Shown in pieces: positions 44,159-54,031 of a stretch of 64,000 nt of DNA. The notes under the pieces were generated by a model. That model saw only the letters and a program-made list of their open reading frames with translations, was not told where the DNA came from and made no database searches. The stretch is from Oculatellaceae cyanobacterium bins.114. Lineage in GTDB: Bacteria; Cyanobacteriota; Cyanobacteriia; Elainellales; Elainellaceae. The position numbers and the translations under genes were made by a program. How positions within the stretch are numbered: position 1 is the first letter of the stretch; each line of letters opens with the position of its first letter. The stretch spans positions 28,449-92,448 of the forward strand of contig JANRJA010000086.1 in NCBI GenBank assembly GCA_033764315.1, in the 5' to 3' direction.

Positions 44159-47100
44159 ATGACAGAGCAGCAATTAAATCAACAGCCTGAGCAGGCATTT
44201 GTTTTTCGGAATCAGGTCATTGGTAAGAAGCAACTACGGAACCTGATCGCATGGGCATTCACCAATTATGGAACGGCACGTACTGCCCAAATGGCAGATG
44301 AGTTAAAGGATTTGGGCTTCCGCTTTGCGACCCGAGCTGGGGTATCAATCAGTATTGATGACTTGCAGGTGCCACCCAGCAAGCGAGAACTACTGGAGGC
44401 TGCCGAAGAGGAGATTCGTACTACTGAAACTCGCTATACTCGCGGCGAAATTACTGAAGTAGAACGATTTCAAAAAGTAATTGACACTTGGAACGGAACA
44501 AGCGAAGAACTCAAAGATGAGGTTTTGCGATTCTTCCAGGCAAACAACCCGCTAAACTCGGTTTATATGATGTCAACCTCTGGAGCACGGGGAAATATCT
44601 CCCAAGTGCGTCAGTTGGTGGGCATGCGGGGGTTGATGGCGGATCCTCAAGGGGAAATTATTGACTTACCCATTAAAACCAACTTCCGAGAAGGCTTAAC
44701 CGTTACTGAGTACATCATCTCATCGTATGGAGCTCGTAAAGGTCTGGTAGACACGGCATTACGAACTGCTGACTCCGGATATCTAACCCGTCGTTTAGTA
44801 GACGTCTCTCAAGATGTCATCATTCGGGAACTTGATTGCGGTACAGAACGGGGCATTCCGGCTCGGGCAATGACCGATGGTGAGCGGGTGCTGATCCCAT
44901 TAAAAGACCGTTTATTAGGTCGGGTTGCAGCACGTGATATTGTTCATCCGGTCACTGGTGAGGTGATGGTTGCTCGCAATGAAGCGATTTCAGACGAGGT
45001 CGCTCAAAAAATTGGCAAAGCCAAGATTGAAGAAGTAACAGTGCGATCGCCCCTGACCTGCGAGGCAACTCGTTCAGTGTGCCAACACTGCTATGGCTGG
45101 AGTTTGGCTCATGCCACGATGGTTGATTTGGGTGAAGCCGTTGGGATCATTGCGGCTCAGTCTATTGGTGAACCAGGCACCCAGTTAACGATGCGGACGT
45201 TCCACACTGGGGGAACCTTTACCGGTGAACTTGTGCCTCAAGTGCGGGCTCCCTTTGATGGCACAGTTCGTTTAAAACCCAAACAGTTCCGCTCTCGTCC
45301 TTTCCGCACCCGTCACGGGGAAGATGCTCTCGTCGTTGAAGTCTCAATTGATGTCATCGTCGAAGCAGGAAATAAAAAAGAAGCTGTTTCCGTTCCCCCA
45401 GGTTCCATCTTGTTTGCGCAAGAGGGTGCCACTGTGAAGTCAGGACAGATGATGGTTGAAATGCCAGCCACTGGTCGGGTGCGCAAGATTACGGAAAAAG
45501 CAACTAAAGACGTTGCTTCTGACTTGGCAGGAGAAGTGAAATTCTCTGACCTTGCTCCTGAAGAAAAGAAAGACCGTCAAGGCAACACGACCCGTATTGC
45601 TCAACGGGGTGGCTTAGTTTGGATTTTGTCGGGTGAAGTGTATAACTTACTGCCCGGAGCAGAACCCATTATTAAGAATGGCGATCGCGTCGAGAGCAAT
45701 AGCATCTTGGCTGAAACCAAACTGGTTACAGAGCACGGCGGTACGGTTCGTATCCCGCAAGAGAGCGAAGGCAGCAAAGGCGGACGAGAAGTTGAAATTA
45801 TTACTGCCTCTGTTTTATTAGGTCAAGCCCGAGTCTATGCTGAGAGCTATCAAGGGCGAGAACACTACTTTATTGAAACCCAACACAATCAGCGTTTCTC
45901 TCTCATTGCAACTCCAGGTACAAAAGTCACAAACGGACAAGTTGTTGCCGAATTGATTGACGATCGTTATCGCACTCAGACGGGAGGCATCATCAAGTAC
46001 TCTGGTATTGAAGTTGCTAAGCGAGGTAAGGCAAAGGAAGGCTACGAAGTCATTCAGGGAGGAACTATTCTTTGGATTCCCGAAGAATCTCATGAAGTAA
46101 ACAAAGATATCTCGCTCTTGATTGTTGAGGACGGTCAATACGTCGAAGCTGGCACAGAAGTTGTCAAAGATATCTTTTGTCAAAGCAATGGTGTTATCGA
46201 AGTCACTCAGAAAAATGACATCTTACGAGAGATCGTCATTAAACCGGGTGACCTGCACATGATCGACAACCCAGATGCAGTGATCGGCAAAGACGGCACA
46301 ATCGTCAACCCCGGTCAAGAAGTCCTACCAGGTATCACGGTATCTGACCTGCGCTATGTGGAGTATGTTGAAACCCCAGAAGGACCTGCCCTACTCCTGC
46401 GCCCCGTCACCGAATTCTCAGTTCCTGATGAGCCATCGATTCCAACTCAAGAGTCGAGCCAAGAAGAGTCAGGGCGTTCAATCAAGCTCAGAGCAGTGCA
46501 ACGGCTGCGTCACAAAGATGGCGATCGCGTCAAGTCCGTTGAAGGCTTAGAACTCGTTCGCACCCAGTTAGTTCTTGAAATTGACGAAGACGCACCTCAA
46601 TTGGCAGCAGACATTGAGTTGATTCCAGATGAAGTTGAGCCAGAAATATTGAGGTTACAGCTAGTTATCCTCGAATCTCTAGTCATTCGCCGAGATGTAG
46701 CGGCCGATCAAACACAAGGTAGTACTCATACTCGCCTTCTCGTCAAAGACGGGGATCAAATTGCTGCTGGAGCGGTTGTCGCTCGCACCGAAATTCAATG
46801 TAAGGAAGCGGGTGAAATCCGAGGAATTCGTGAAGGAGCCGAAGCCATTCGGCGTTTACTGGTTGTGCGAGATGTCGATCAACTCACTTATCCATTAAAC
46901 GGTCAGCAAGCCAAAGTCAAAGTTGGTGATTTACTAGTTGCGGGCACCTCAATCTCTTCAGGCGTGATTACGGAAGAATCGGGTCAAGTCGTGGATGTGA
47001 CTGATAGTCATGTGGTTCTGCGAATCGCTCGACCTTATCGTGTATCATCTGGAGCTGTTCTCCACATTAATGATGGAGATCTGGTTCAACGTGGTGACAA

Positions 47101-48193
47101 CTTGGTGTTGCTAGTGTTTGAACGCACCAAAACAGGAGACATCATTCAGGGTCTACCTCGGATCGAAGAACTGCTAGAAGCACGCAAACCCAAGGAGGCA
47201 TGCATCTTAGCAGCAAGACCGGGAATTGCTCAGGTTGTCTATGGAGATGACGAGTCGGTTGAAGTCAAAGTCATCGAAAACGATGGTGTAGTTACAGAAT
47301 ATCCACTGGGTCCTGGACAAAACGTTCTCGTTTTAGACGGACAGGAGGTTCGGGTTGGAGAAGCCCTGACCGATGGCCCAGCAAACCCTCACGAAATCCT
47401 GGAAGTGTTCTACAAAATTCATCGGGAAACGTTAGGCACTCACGAAGCAGCCTTAAAAAGCTTGCAAGCAGTCCAAACTTTCTTAGTGAACGAGGTTCAG
47501 TCTGTATACCAATCTCAAGGAATTGAGATTTCTGACAAGCACATTGAAGTCATTGTGCGTCAGATGACCTCTAAGGCTCGTGTCGATGATGGTGGTGATA
47601 CAACCATGCTACCTGGGGAGCTAGTTGAGCTGTATCAAGTAGAACAGGTCAATGGAGCCATGTCTATCACAGGAGGGGCTCCAGCTGATTACACACCTGT
47701 TTTATTGGGGATTACAAAAGCATCTCTGAATACAGACAGCTTTATTTCAGCCGCCAGCTTCCAGGAAACCACACGGGTGTTAACGGAAGCCGCGATCGAA
47801 GGTAAATCTGACTGGTTGCGTGGTCTAAAGGAAAACGTGATCATTGGTCGCTTGATTCCCGCAGGGACAGGGTTTAATGCCTACGACGAACCTAACAACA
47901 TCGATATAGACCTGAGCTATGAAGCCGGTCTATATGATGATGATGTAGATCTCAAGGATGTTGTTCTTGACGATCGCACCGCTCGTACCTATGAGTTAGA
48001 AGGGGGTTTTGATGTCTTTCCACCCCCTGATGCCTTGAGAGGTCGAGATGGCGGAGACTTTACTCGTCCTAGTACGGACTTTAATCGGGCTCCCTATGGT
48101 GCTGCCTTCTCAGGTGACGATGACGATGAGTCATATTCACCCATCCTAGAAGACGATGACGACTTTGAAGATGACACTGATGATGATGATTAA
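44159..48193 (+). CDS. rpoC2: RNA polymerase beta' subunit (C-terminal half) with large SI3 insertion
   Basis: [54 protein letters not shown] and an acidic tail. Confidence 0.99.
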   Translation: MTEQQLNQQPEQAFVFRNQVIGKKQLRNLIAWAFTNYGTARTAQMADELKDLGFRFATRAGVSISIDDLQVPPSKRELLEAAEEEIRTTETRYTRGEITEVERFQKVIDTWNGTSEELKDEVLRFFQANNPLNSVYMMSTSGARGNISQVRQLVGMRGLMADPQGEIIDLPIKTNFREGLTVTEYIISSYGARKGLVDTALRTADSGYLTRRLVDVSQDVIIRELDCGTERGIPARAMTDGERVLIPLKDRLLGRVAARDIVHPVTGEVMVARNEAISDEVAQKIGKAKIEEVTVRSPLTCEATRSVCQHCYGWSLAHATMVDLGEAVGIIAAQSIGEPGTQLTMRTFHTGGTFTGELVPQVRAPFDGTVRLKPKQFRSRPFRTRHGEDALVVEVSIDVIVEAGNKKEAVSVPPGSILFAQEGATVKSGQMMVEMPATGRVRKITEKATKDVASDLAGEVKFSDLAPEEKKDRQGNTTRIAQRGGLVWILSGEVYNLLPGAEPIIKNGDRVESNSILAETKLVTEHGGTVRIPQESEGSKGGREVEIITASVLLGQARVYAESYQGREHYFIETQHNQRFSLIATPGTKVTNGQVVAELIDDRYRTQTGGIIKYSGIEVAKRGKAKEGYEVIQGGTILWIPEESHEVNKDISLLIVEDGQYVEAGTEVVKDIFCQSNGVIEVTQKNDILREIVIKPGDLHMIDNPDAVIGKDGTIVNPGQEVLPGITVSDLRYVEYVETPEGPALLLRPVTEFSVPDEPSIPTQESSQEESGRSIKLRAVQRLRHKDGDRVKSVEGLELVRTQLVLEIDEDAPQLAADIELIPDEVEPEILRLQLVILESLVIRRDVAADQTQGSTHTRLLVKDGDQIAAGAVVARTEIQCKEAGEIRGIREGAEAIRRLLVVRDVDQLTYPLNGQQAKVKVGDLLVAGTSISSGVITEESGQVVDVTDSHVVLRIARPYRVSSGAVLHINDGDLVQRGDNLVLLVFERTKTGDIIQGLPRIEELLEARKPKEACILAARPGIAQVVYGDDESVEVKVIENDGVVTEYPLGPGQNVLVLDGQEVRVGEALTDGPANPHEILEVFYKIHRETLGTHEAALKSLQAVQTFLVNEVQSVYQSQGIEISDKHIEVIVRQMTSKARVDDGGDTTMLPGELVELYQVEQVNGAMSITGGAPADYTPVLLGITKASLNTDSFISAASFQETTRVLTEAAIEGKSDWLRGLKENVIIGRLIPAGTGFNAYDEPNNIDIDLSYEAGLYDDDVDLKDVVLDDRTARTYELEGGFDVFPPPDALRGRDGGDFTRPSTDFNRAPYGAAFSGDDDDESYSPILEDDDDFEDDTDDDD

Positions 48194-48245
48194 TGATGGC
48201 CAAGTTTAGGGCTGTCATTGCTCAACCGTTGTAAATCATTAATCA

Positions 48246-48287
48246 AAAAATCCTCTTGAATTCACCCTGCGGTTCAAGAGGATTTTT
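48246..48287 (+). terminator. Terminator of the rpo operon
   Basis: AAAAATCCTCTTGAA-N12-TTCAAGAGGATTTTT. Confidence 0.85.
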
Positions 48288-48348
48288 CTATGATGCTGAT
48301 GTGTGACCGTTATGTATCAAATTGGTAGGAAATGACAACACCAATAAC

Positions 48349-48453
48349 TATAGCCGTAGCCACATTTGATGGGGCGGAGGCGAGTCAGAAAGCTGTCCCA
48401 GCATCAGGATTTGAGCCATTGCCTTTGCCTTGAGCTTTCTGACCAAAGCTATA
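48349..48453. mobile_element. Miniature palindromic element with TATAGC...GCTATA ends
   Basis: Terminal TATAGC/GCTATA and an internal perfect 11-bp IR (48384-48394 / 48433-48443). Confidence 0.5.
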
Positions 48454-48667
48454 ATTTGGGTTTCCTAAGGGGTTAGCCCCCCAACCCCCCAGGAGAGACA
48501 ATACGTCTCCTAATGATACGACTCCGTAATACTCTAGATTGTTCCAGAGCAAAAATATTGCACCATAGCGGCTCTGTTTGATGGGTTAGTTGATGCTGCC
48601 TACTTTAGAAAACAGTCACTAACTCCCGTATTCATGCGGTTCCTATTGCCCCTTAGGAAACTCTAAT
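48454..48667. mobile_element. MITE-like element bounded by 19-bp terminal inverted repeats
   Basis: ATTTGGGTTTCCTAAGGGG (48454-48472) and CCCCTTAGGAAACTCTAAT (48649-48667) are 17/19 complementary. No ORF inside. Confidence 0.6.
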
Positions 48668-48799
48668 CTAGGGATGTAAGGCAATATAGCTAGCATTTGT
48701 ATTAATAGTTTTGCCAGTCGTAACTCCCAATCAAAGATTAAAAACTGGATACAAAGCCCAATTACTCTGAGTCATCAAGCTAGTTGCTGTCTATAAACT

Positions 48800-49522
48800 A
48801 TGAGACTTGATATGTTAGGAGCAAATTCTTTTTTTAGTTCAGAATCATTAGAGTCATCAGACACGGTTGCAAACCCAGAGTTAAACCGTCGGCTAGGGCT
48901 TTATCAACTGTTTTTGAAACTTTATGATCAGCGACGTGAGTTATTAGATGAGATTCTCGATTTAGAGAACTCAGGTCATAAAACATTAACAAGTAAGGCA
49001 TCTCTCTATGTTCAAGGTGTCATCTCAAATGACCAAATCCATTTAGTCTCTAACTTAGCAAATGGACAAACCCAAGCTCTAATTCAACCTCAACAGATTT
49101 GGACGATTGGGCGTGATTCTCGGCGAGTCATGATATCTATTCCAGACAAACGCCTATCGCGTTGCCATGCAGCTATTCAGTATTGTGGAGATCAAAAATT
49201 TCAATTAATTGATTTCAATAGTACTAATGGTTCTTTCGTTAATGGTGAATTAGTTAAACACATCACTCCATTAGAAGATGGAGATCAAATTCGCTTAGGA
49301 AGTTTAACATTTAGTTTTTTTGGTTGTTACACACAACGCATTTTGGATGAGATATCTCCTGAGTTACTCGATCAAATTACTGGAATCCAAAAATCCTTCA
49401 TTCCAAGAGGCGATCGCCCTTCTAATTCGGACATTCCTTCTGAAAAAATAGCTTCTTCAGGTATCTATTCCCCTGAAAAAACTCTTATGTTTTTAAGGAA
49501 TAAAAATTCAAACCCAGTTTGA
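48800..49522 (+). CDS. FHA domain protein
   Basis: WTIGRD, LSRCHAAI, DFNSTNGSFVNG and LEDGDQIRLG. Confidence 0.93.
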   Translation: MRLDMLGANSFFSSESLESSDTVANPELNRRLGLYQLFLKLYDQRRELLDEILDLENSGHKTLTSKASLYVQGVISNDQIHLVSNLANGQTQALIQPQQIWTIGRDSRRVMISIPDKRLSRCHAAIQYCGDQKFQLIDFNSTNGSFVNGELVKHITPLEDGDQIRLGSLTFSFFGCYTQRILDEISPELLDQITGIQKSFIPRGDRPSNSDIPSEKIASSGIYSPEKTLMFLRNKNSNPV

Positions 49523-49652
49523 TCATTGGGGTGTTATTGCGTTTCATCCCAGGTTTAACAGAGGTAACTCTACTGAAATTTATCAATCCATTTCTGCGAT
49601 CTGTTCCTTGACACCTGCTACAATATCTGGGTTGTTTAGGCTGGTCGTGTCT

Positions 49653-50156
49653 TTGAGTCAATCCATAGATCTACCTAAGGTGGATGATTTTTTGCAAGAG
49701 TTAGCAACGATCCAACAGACTGGGTCGAAGCGAATTGCGGTGTTAGGGTCGCGTCATGTCCCAATTACTCATCAACACTTGATTGAGTTAATGAGTTATG
49801 CTCTGGTTTTGGCTGGCAATCGACTCTTAACATCTGGTGCCACAGGCACGAACTCTGCTGCTATTCGTGGTGCAATGCGGGCTGATCCAAATCTGTTAAC
49901 CGTTATTTTGCCTCAGAGCCTAGAGCGTCAACCTAGAGAATCTCGTGAGCAGCTAGAACAAGTCATGCATCTTGTTGAGAACCCAGCGAATGACCATTTG
50001 TCTTTAGCAGAAGCAAGTGCGTTGTGTAATCAAGAAATTGTCTCTCGTTGTCAGCAGTTGGTCTGTTTTGCATTTCATGACAGCCATACTCTGCTCAAAA
50101 CCTGTAAGGACGCAGAGGATCAGCGTAAGTTGGTAACGTTGTTCTATTTTGATTAA
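49653..50156 (+). CDS. DprA/Smf-like (SLOG-fold) conserved cyanobacterial protein
   Basis: KRIAVLGSRH, TSGATGTNSAAIRGA and CFAFHDS. Probable TTG start at 49653, downstream of TGCTACAAT. Confidence 0.82.
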   Translation: MSQSIDLPKVDDFLQELATIQQTGSKRIAVLGSRHVPITHQHLIELMSYALVLAGNRLLTSGATGTNSAAIRGAMRADPNLLTVILPQSLERQPRESREQLEQVMHLVENPANDHLSLAEASALCNQEIVSRCQQLVCFAFHDSHTLLKTCKDAEDQRKLVTLFYFD

Positions 50157-50162
50157 CTGAAT

Positions 50163-50585
50163 ATGGCTTTTCTAGAACAGTTGCCGTCATCTGTTACTTT
50201 GTTATATGCGATCGCTGTCGCAGCCGTCTTGATTTATCTCCCCTTCCTTTTAGTGCTTTTTGGACGAGTTCAGGTGGGCTATGACATGGCAGCCCCTCGT
50301 GCTTTGTTTGACAAGTTACCTCCCTACGCTCAGAGGGCCACTTGGGCACATCAAAATTCATTTGAAGCGTTTACCCTGTTTGCTCCAGCCGCACTCATGG
50401 CCTATGTCACTCAAACGCAAGGGGAATTGATCACAGGGGCGGCGATCGCTCATGTGATTGCCCGATTCTTTTTTTCGGTGTTTTATATTCTAAACATTCC
50501 CTTGGGGCGATCGCTGATGTTTGGCATTGGCTCTGCGGGTACTGCGACTTTGATTGGCTTGAGCCTGGTACACATCAATTCATAA
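50163..50585 (+). CDS. MAPEG family membrane protein
   Basis: RATWAHQNSFE plus several hydrophobic helices. Confidence 0.9.
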   Translation: MAFLEQLPSSVTLLYAIAVAAVLIYLPFLLVLFGRVQVGYDMAAPRALFDKLPPYAQRATWAHQNSFEAFTLFAPAALMAYVTQTQGELITGAAIAHVIARFFFSVFYILNIPLGRSLMFGIGSAGTATLIGLSLVHINS

Positions 50586-50654
50586 ATTCACTCAAACTCT
50601 TTTGAGCGAAGATTTTTATACTCATAGAATCCCATCCATTTTTGATAACTACTC

Positions 50655-51146
50655 ATGGCTGAGACTTTCTCATTTGATATCGTCAGCGACTTTGATCGTC
50701 AAGAATTGGTCAATGCCATCGATCAAACGGTGCGTGAGATCAAAAGTCGCTATGACTTGAAAGATACCCAAACGACGGTCGAGTTAGGAGAAGAGGCGAT
50801 CGTCATCAACACAAACAGCGATTTTACGCTAGATGCTGTTCATACTGTATTGAACACAAAAGCTGCCAAACGGAACCTTTCTCTCAAGATTTTTGAATAC
50901 GGCAAGGTCGAATCTGCTAGTGGCAATCGCGTTCGCCAAGAGATTAAATTGCGCAAAGGAATTGCCTCTGATCTGGCTAAACAGATTTCTAAACTGATTC
51001 GCGACGAGTTTAAGAAGGTACAGGCTTCCATCCAGGGAGATGCAGTCCGAGTATCAGCCAAATCAAAGGATGAGCTGCAAGCCATTATCCAACGCCTAAA
51101 ACAAGAAGAGTTTCCGGTAGCCCTCCAATTTGTTAACTACCGTTAG
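50655..51146 (+). CDS. yajQ: YajQ family nucleotide/c-di-GMP-binding protein
   Basis: [25 protein letters not shown] and LQFVNYR. Confidence 0.96.
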   Translation: MAETFSFDIVSDFDRQELVNAIDQTVREIKSRYDLKDTQTTVELGEEAIVINTNSDFTLDAVHTVLNTKAAKRNLSLKIFEYGKVESASGNRVRQEIKLRKGIASDLAKQISKLIRDEFKKVQASIQGDAVRVSAKSKDELQAIIQRLKQEEFPVALQFVNYR

Positions 51147-51195
51147 GCTCATACAATTAGGCTTGTGGAGTGCCTACAGAACCGTACAACGGGGT

Positions 51196-51546
51196 TTAGT
51201 AAGCATAGGACGACAACATCTCTGAGTCACACGTTTGTTGCCATCTGTAGGATTGAGGTGGTTCATAAATGCTGACTCCATTAACCTCAACTCCGACTGC
51301 ACCGTCAACTTTAATGGCAACTGTGACTAACTCGTTTAACAGACGCCGACTATGAACTTCGCCTCTAAGCAGTACGACGGCTCCTCGTTGACCGATCTGT
51401 AAATTTTCAATTTGCTCTGCTGTGAACTGTTGCTCAAGCATTAGGCGGACTCGTTTTGACAGCCCGTTGTAATCGTATTCGCCTCGTAACCCAACACGCT
51501 CAGGCGGAATTGTAGCAAAAAGAGAATTTGGAGTGGAGTCATTCAT
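51196..51546 (-). CDS. BON-like (phospholipid-binding) domain protein
   Basis: IPPERVGLRGEYDYNGLSKRV and QRGAVVLLRGEV...VDGAVGVE. Confidence 0.78.
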   Translation of the reverse strand: MNDSTPNSLFATIPPERVGLRGEYDYNGLSKRVRLMLEQQFTAEQIENLQIGQRGAVVLLRGEVHSRRLLNELVTVAIKVDGAVGVEVNGVSIYEPPQSYRWQQTCDSEMLSSYAY

Positions 51547-51967
51547 GGATGCTGTACCTAGTTCAGGCTGAATGCAATAATTTAGCCCTAATTCAAAAAC
51601 AGGGTCGAGAGCATTAATTGCACTCGTTCATCAAAAAGATTTGATGAACTAAATTTAATCTTCTTTAAATGAAGAGGACAATACACCCGAAGACAGTTTT
51701 TGTTCAACCAGTAGAAATGACGCAAACACAAAGGTTTTGGAGAGACATCAATTCTGACTGTTGCTTAAACCCGTATTACTCTGCACAACTTCTGCAAAGA
51801 GACGGGTTTGCATTAACGATAGTTCCCACTTTAGCGAGTCAAGCGATCGCTCTCGCATCAGAGAGAACCTAAGGCTGAAATATCAATGCAAAAACTCGCC
51901 CCAGCCCAAGACTGAAGACGAGTTTCATCTATCGGTATTTATTTAGAGTTGTCTAGGCAATTTTGCC

Positions 51968-52507
51968 TTAGTTAATCCGTAGCAGCTCAACATCAAAGAT
52001 CAAAGTGGCATTTGGAGGAATCACACCTCCGGCTCCTCGTACCCCATATCCTAAGTCAGGAGGAATAATCAGTTGGCGATGACCGCCCACTTTCATAGTG
52101 CTGATGCCCTCATCCCAACCTCGAATCACTCGTCCCGTTCCTAACGGAAAAGAAAAGGGTTGATTGCGATCGCGGGAGCTATCAAATTTGGTGCCATCTT
52201 CAAGCGTGCCTGTGTAGTGAACGATGACCGTTTGTCCGCGTTGAGGAGTAGCACCCGTTCCTTCAACCAAATCGACATATTTCAGACCTGATTCAGTAGT
52301 CACCACGTTTTCAGAATTATCCACAGATGGAGTTGTAGGGGTAGAGGATTCAGGCTGTTGAGCAATTTGCGCGATCGCAGGAGTGGAAATGGCGACTAGG
52401 GGTTGTTTTTCAACCGCGATCGCTTCTGATTGAGGCAGCACCTGGGCAATCACCAACAGCACTACACAAACTAGCATGACTCCGACACTAATTAAAATTT
52501 CCCGCAA
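51968..52507 (-). CDS. FKBP-type peptidyl-prolyl isomerase, exported
   Basis: [27 protein letters not shown] and [13 protein letters not shown]. Signal peptide, and AGGAGG before the TTG. Confidence 0.96.
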   Translation of the reverse strand: MREILISVGVMLVCVVLLVIAQVLPQSEAIAVEKQPLVAISTPAIAQIAQQPESSTPTTPSVDNSENVVTTESGLKYVDLVEGTGATPQRGQTVIVHYTGTLEDGTKFDSSRDRNQPFSFPLGTGRVIRGWDEGISTMKVGGHRQLIIPPDLGYGVRGAGGVIPPNATLIFDVELLRIN

Positions 52508-52672
52508 AATCTGACCTCCTGAAATGCAACGGGGTTTAGAGTTATAGCAGTTGCGTTGAGTAAAACCGTTTGCTTTAACGTCAAAACCTCGAATTCAACA
52601 TTGATCGATTTCAGTCTAATACGCAAAGGGTATCAATCTGGCGATCGCAATAGATTATGTTAGCAATTTCTA

Positions 52673-52996
52673 CTAACGCCAGAGCTTATTCTCTAAATCG
52701 CGAACTTGGCGTTCTAGGCGATCGAGTCTCCCTCGCAATTCATCCATTTCGTTTTGACGGGGCACACCCAAATCTTGCAGGACATTGCGGAGTTGACGCT
52801 GCATTTGTGACTCTAGGCTGCTCTGCTCAGTCTTCATTTGCTGCATTAAATCATTGACAAAACTATTAGCTTGTTCAGCATCTAACTTGCCATCTTTGAC
52901 CCACTCATCACTGACTTCGCGAAGTTTATCAGCGACCAAAGATGTAGTGCCGACGCCAATCATGAGCAACTGCTTGAGCAGATTATTACTATCCAT
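52673..52996 (-). CDS. Phasin-like coiled-coil protein
   Basis: LMIGVGTTSL...WVKDGKL...ELRGRLDRLERQ. Confidence 0.8.
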   Translation of the reverse strand: MDSNNLLKQLLMIGVGTTSLVADKLREVSDEWVKDGKLDAEQANSFVNDLMQQMKTEQSSLESQMQRQLRNVLQDLGVPRQNEMDELRGRLDRLERQVRDLENKLWR

Positions 52997-53191
52997 ATCA
53001 GTGTCCTATACTCTCACTAAAAATTAAGACCGAGCGGTGGGTTAAACCAAATTACAAAGCGGGTTGCTTTTAGCCTACTGCTCTATTGTGGCAAATCTTG
53101 CACAGCAACTATGGTTAAAAGTGGAGGGTTGAAGGGGTGAAACCTGACATGAAATTTAAATTAGGTCAGCAATTTAGTCGAGGATTTGCGC

Positions 53192-53503
53192 GTGGTTATT
53201 GAGTTTTTAAGGTTTACAGTCACCGCCGAATTACGAGAACAGTTTGTTCGGTTAGATTCGGATATTTGGACACCCGTTCTCGCGGCGACTTCAGGTTTTT
53301 TAGGCAAAGAAGTTTGGATTAGCCCTGATGATCTAACTGAAGTTGTTGTAATTGTGCATTGGGAAACATTTGAGGCTTGGCAATCGATTGCTCAAGCAAG
53401 TTTGCAACAGACAGAGGAAACGTTTTCACAAGCTATGGGAGACACCTATACCCTAATCGAGTCAAAACAATATCAAGTTCGGAAGTTTTTTCCAGCCTTG
53501 TAG
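53192..53503 (+). CDS. ABM-like (TIGR03792-type) protein
   Basis: VIEFLRF...D..IWT..L...GFLGKEVW...VHWET. GAGG RBS before the GTG. Confidence 0.82.
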   Translation: MVIEFLRFTVTAELREQFVRLDSDIWTPVLAATSGFLGKEVWISPDDLTEVVVIVHWETFEAWQSIAQASLQQTEETFSQAMGDTYTLIESKQYQVRKFFPAL

Positions 53504-53578
53504 ATAGCTGATTAACAATTCTTTAAATTTAGGAAAGCGATGGGCTAGGATCAAGAAGAAAATTACCCGTCATGCTCG

Positions 53579-53932
53579 ATGCTGGATTGTCCTCGTTGTC
53601 ACCAACCCGTTGACACTCAGGCGATCGCCTGCCCCCACTGTTGCACTCTTCTCAAAGCTCATGGACACCCCGGCATCACGTTATATCGAGCCACGGGACA
53701 GGATTCTTTATGCTCGACCTGCACTTACCACGACGATGATACGTGCAATTTTCCACAGCGTCCTTTTGCTAAAGAATGCACGCTCTATCACAATCGAGCA
53801 CAACCGTTTTTAGCTCATATTTCCACCAAACCCCGTGATTCTCTTAGGTTGTGGGCACAGCGTAATGGCGGCTGGTTATTTTTAATGGGTCTGGTTTTGG
53901 TCAGTTTAGCCATTGCATTATCAAACCGATAA
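53579..53932 (+). CDS. Zinc-ribbon membrane-anchored protein
   Basis: CPRC, CPHC and CSTC..C..C, with a C-terminal hydrophobic helix. Confidence 0.82.
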   Translation: MLDCPRCHQPVDTQAIACPHCCTLLKAHGHPGITLYRATGQDSLCSTCTYHDDDTCNFPQRPFAKECTLYHNRAQPFLAHISTKPRDSLRLWAQRNGGWLFLMGLVLVSLAIALSNR

Positions 53933-54031
53933 CATAAAACCTTAAAACTTGGGTGCAATAACACACATTAAAATTCCAGGAAAGCCTCTAAAATGATTGG
54001 GATTTATGCATTTTGACTTGGGCACTGCTCT

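Noticed and set aside
51669-51946. Two overlapping short ORFs (67 and 61 aa) between the BON and FKBP genes
   Set aside because: No family signal, they overlap each other, and they are probably spurious.
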